Assembly (NCBI GenBank): GCA_020726135.1
Contig: DYTE01000002.1
Span: forward strand, 5,739-69,738
DNA from: Rickettsia conorii
GTDB lineage: Bacteria > Pseudomonadota > Alphaproteobacteria > Rickettsiales > Rickettsiaceae
DNA: 64,000 nucleotides
Direction of reading: 5' to 3'
Part shown: one piece after another, positions 62,801 through 64,000 of the stretch
Layout: each line of letters begins with the position of its first letter
Position numbering within the stretch: position 1 is the stretch's first letter
The notes under the pieces: model-generated
Seen by the model: the letters and a program-made list of their open reading frames with translations, nothing else
The model's database searches: none
Told to the model about the DNA's origin: nothing
Position numbers and translations under genes: made by a program

Positions 62801-64000
62801 GGAGCAATTATTTGAAGAAAAAATTTCAGAATTAGAAGATAATAATACTAATATAAGCTCTGTACAACAAGAAGTTCTTGCAAAACGAATCATAGTTCAA
62901 GAATTGCAAGAAAAGGATAAGACTATTGAAGGACTAAAAGAAAAATTAGACAAAGAAGAAGAATTAGAAAAAGTTGCTAAAATATTTGTTGAAAAGCAAA
63001 AACCTGTTGAAAAAGTTTCTTCTGGGAATGTCAATTCTGATGATGATAATCTTAATGAAAATATTATAGCTCAGGATATGATTACTGAATTACCGTCATT
63101 CGCTCACCATAATAATAATGTGGAAGATAGGCTGGATATGTTAGATTTCAATCAATTTGCTACTGCAGCTGCAGCTGGTGATGAAGATGAGTCATTAATT
63201 AAAAAAGGAGTTTGGGCTAGTGGTTTATATGGTGTTGGGAAACAAGAAAAAATTGATTCACGTACTCCATATTCCAGTTCAACGAAAGGTTTAAGCCTTG
63301 GTTTTGATATGTCATTTAATGATAATCTTTTAGGAATAGCATATAGTTATGTTAATGCAAAAGTTAAATATCAAAATAAACATAATAATGAATATAATAT
63401 AAATTCTAACATATTTTCAATTTATGGCAAAAAACCATTAACATCTAAATTATGTTTTCAAGCAATTACTTCATTAGCTTTCAATAAAGTGACTGGTGAA
63501 AATTTTAGAAAAATGAAAGTTGATGAAAAATTGGATGTGAATAATAAATCATTTAATTATAGTTTATTAGGAAAATTAAATTACAATATTAATGTTGCAA
63601 AAGATTTTCTCTTTGTTCCTTATGTTGGCCTTAAATATGGTGATAATTTAATTAGTGAATATAAAGAAACAGGAGAAGGGATGATTAAATCTATTATATT
63701 ATCCAATAATCCTGTTGCCAATGTTGCCGGTATTGTAGGTGTTAATATTATGAAGAATAATATTAATTTTCATGGTTTTAATATTATACCTAAGATTCAT
63801 GCTTCATGTGAATATAATTTTAATCATTCAAAAATACATCAATTAAATGCTACAATTGATATTGCAGGAAAGTCAAAAGAATTTAAAATTGCTACAAACA
63901 AACAAAGTCCATTTATATTTAATATAGGTGCTGGTTTGAATATTGTGAAAAAAGAGAATCTTGAAACTTCTGTGAATTATAATTATAGTTTTGATAATCA
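59898..64000 (+). CDS. Sca-type (Rickettsiaceae surface cell antigen-like) autotransporter, 5'-complete and 3'-truncated by the window end (>1367 aa)
   Basis: I translated it by hand. It is absent from the ORF track because no stop codon falls in the window. The signal peptide is MKKSMIVNKEINILKILLVSSILSNVYVTG. Proline-rich 9-aa repeats follow, then a K/E/N/Q-rich passenger. The junction AAAAGDEDESLIKKGVWASGLYGVGKQEK...YSSSTKGLSLGFD matches the Rickettsia/Orientia Sca beta-domain entry motif, and alternating beta-strand sequence follows to the window end. Confidence 0.85.
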   Translation, partial: MKKSMIVNKEINILKILLVSSILSNVYVTGVVGADIYVNPNIPAVPQLNGIPRAPQLNGIPQAPLLLGIPQAPLLLGIPQAPLLLGIPQAPNLGGIPPAPNLGGIPPAPLLQGIPLAPVGVNFGGNNGVINPAQQPLQQLESKLIAFNNQGNNNLKELEVILKQYSANIKKIIGFESKERIITLYDGLIKASQQAQEKFSISKDYQENSQLIDGMISDIDVKANEQAGGQMQGINLIRMKLTEEVMTEGKIQLSNFERFSTNEETIKRFNENIKSLTAMKQSFVGIDDASFTQLRNNIKSAPQVKVETNTKTEMINFFENKIQTVKRADWDDYASISISKLPMGYVISKSIEQNIIVGINQRILNILNSTDPKLETLATSLSGELPVNEKLEMIAEAKHNITTLVEQQHDNNILSTLIKYNDLINKDIEAINNNADLKTDPKKENMEISDLLLKHKMKNIEVSQMIYSDSVNRFDNESHEPKNKLTARLSAYRDAQQRKDQLQEILNKNQELNASEISLVFGDDAALAKRYDQMGVEDKKKLLLDTVLENIKKKDTAIEELSQQIQPQYAKLLVTKSGMLKREQQQAQQNIEKKKFIKLENKGTGQNTKLQKAHVEKSSMLDKTEHKEQQNILTKTQLKEVPKHYNYKEQGQNLFEVEKKKILDNNTLTVVVKNQKIADLQKEITNSFNSAANKVFNNIVDNMNTTLKIEDKRVLQTFDLSDSNLNNTNIDEKSRQDLAKTKEEVFKCFNNLLLRFNHNSILVKDSVLEAEMSGIAKDLMTIYYYNSFNDRGIFNSENDLTLEYRKYMGNTNTYKQQLNDAINKQLLKTELKSTKEKLEEEIAKIQKLEKENAELKASNLNNSKLKELEKENAELKEYLKNATHSSTNTSYDISSNVVVNNNNNYFNTNISVSDGVERTISNIVKFSRLKKNVASYKDEYISLTDVLTSEICSEELANAIEESDSYYLEQLFEEKISELEDNNTNISSVQQEVLAKRIIVQELQEKDKTIEGLKEKLDKEEELEKVAKIFVEKQKPVEKVSSGNVNSDDDNLNENIIAQDMITELPSFAHHNNNVEDRLDMLDFNQFATAAAAGDEDESLIKKGVWASGLYGVGKQEKIDSRTPYSSSTKGLSLGFDMSFNDNLLGIAYSYVNAKVKYQNKHNNEYNINSNIFSIYGKKPLTSKLCFQAITSLAFNKVTGENFRKMKVDEKLDVNNKSFNYSLLGKLNYNINVAKDFLFVPYVGLKYGDNLISEYKETGEGMIKSIILSNNPVANVAGIVGVNIMKNNINFHGFNIIPKIHASCEYNFNHSKIHQLNATIDIAGKSKEFKIATNKQSPFIFNIGAGLNIVKKENLETSVNYNYSFDN
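60045..60260 (+). repeat. Eight tandem 27-bp repeats inside the autotransporter gene, encoding GIP(R/Q/P/L)AP(Q/L/N/V)(L/G)(N/L/G/Q/V)
   Basis: Units start at 60045, 60072, 60099, 60126, 60153, 60180, 60207 and 60234. Units 2-4 are identical (ggaatacctcaggcaccactattacta). A partial unit (IPAVPQLN) precedes them at 60021. Confidence 0.95.

Overview
This is a strongly AT-rich (judged by eye, not computed), gene-dense chromosomal segment from a reduced alphaproteobacterium with Rickettsiales or Rickettsiaceae-like features. I count about 70 CDS and 3 tRNAs.

Core content, in order:
- The S10/spc/alpha ribosomal-protein cluster (rplP through rplQ, then rpsT) at 20-9725.
- A truncated dcw fragment (rsmH-ftsL-ftsI).
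- lysC, tilS, cysS, folD, a TrxR-type ferredoxin-NADP reductase and dnaG.
- rpmG-rpsP and htpG.
- An F0 ATP synthase operon with the alphaproteobacterial b/b' pair.
- rne, rnd, tsaD, rluD, pyrH and frr.
- Two tandem cysteine desulfurases.
- smpB, ppdK, rpoD, ffh, an APC permease, pdhA, rsfS and a KefB-like antiporter.

I found no rRNA, CRISPR array, transposase, integrase or phage genes.

Accessory content is limited to a few orphan genes:
- A tandem pair of acidic paralogs downstream of cysS (22779-23992).
- A 268-aa orphan (18164-18970).
- A coiled-coil protein whose reading frame is interrupted by an in-frame TAA (40445-41527).
- A HAD-like orphan (58834-59604).
- A Sca-type autotransporter of more than 1367 aa that runs off the 3' end (59898->64000). 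It is absent from the ORF track. It carries eight 27-bp proline-rich tandem repeats directly after its signal peptide and a largely coiled-coil passenger.

I do not see a convincing multi-gene novel system. The best leads are the autotransporter with its neighbour, the paralog pair, and a structured intergenic region beside smpB.
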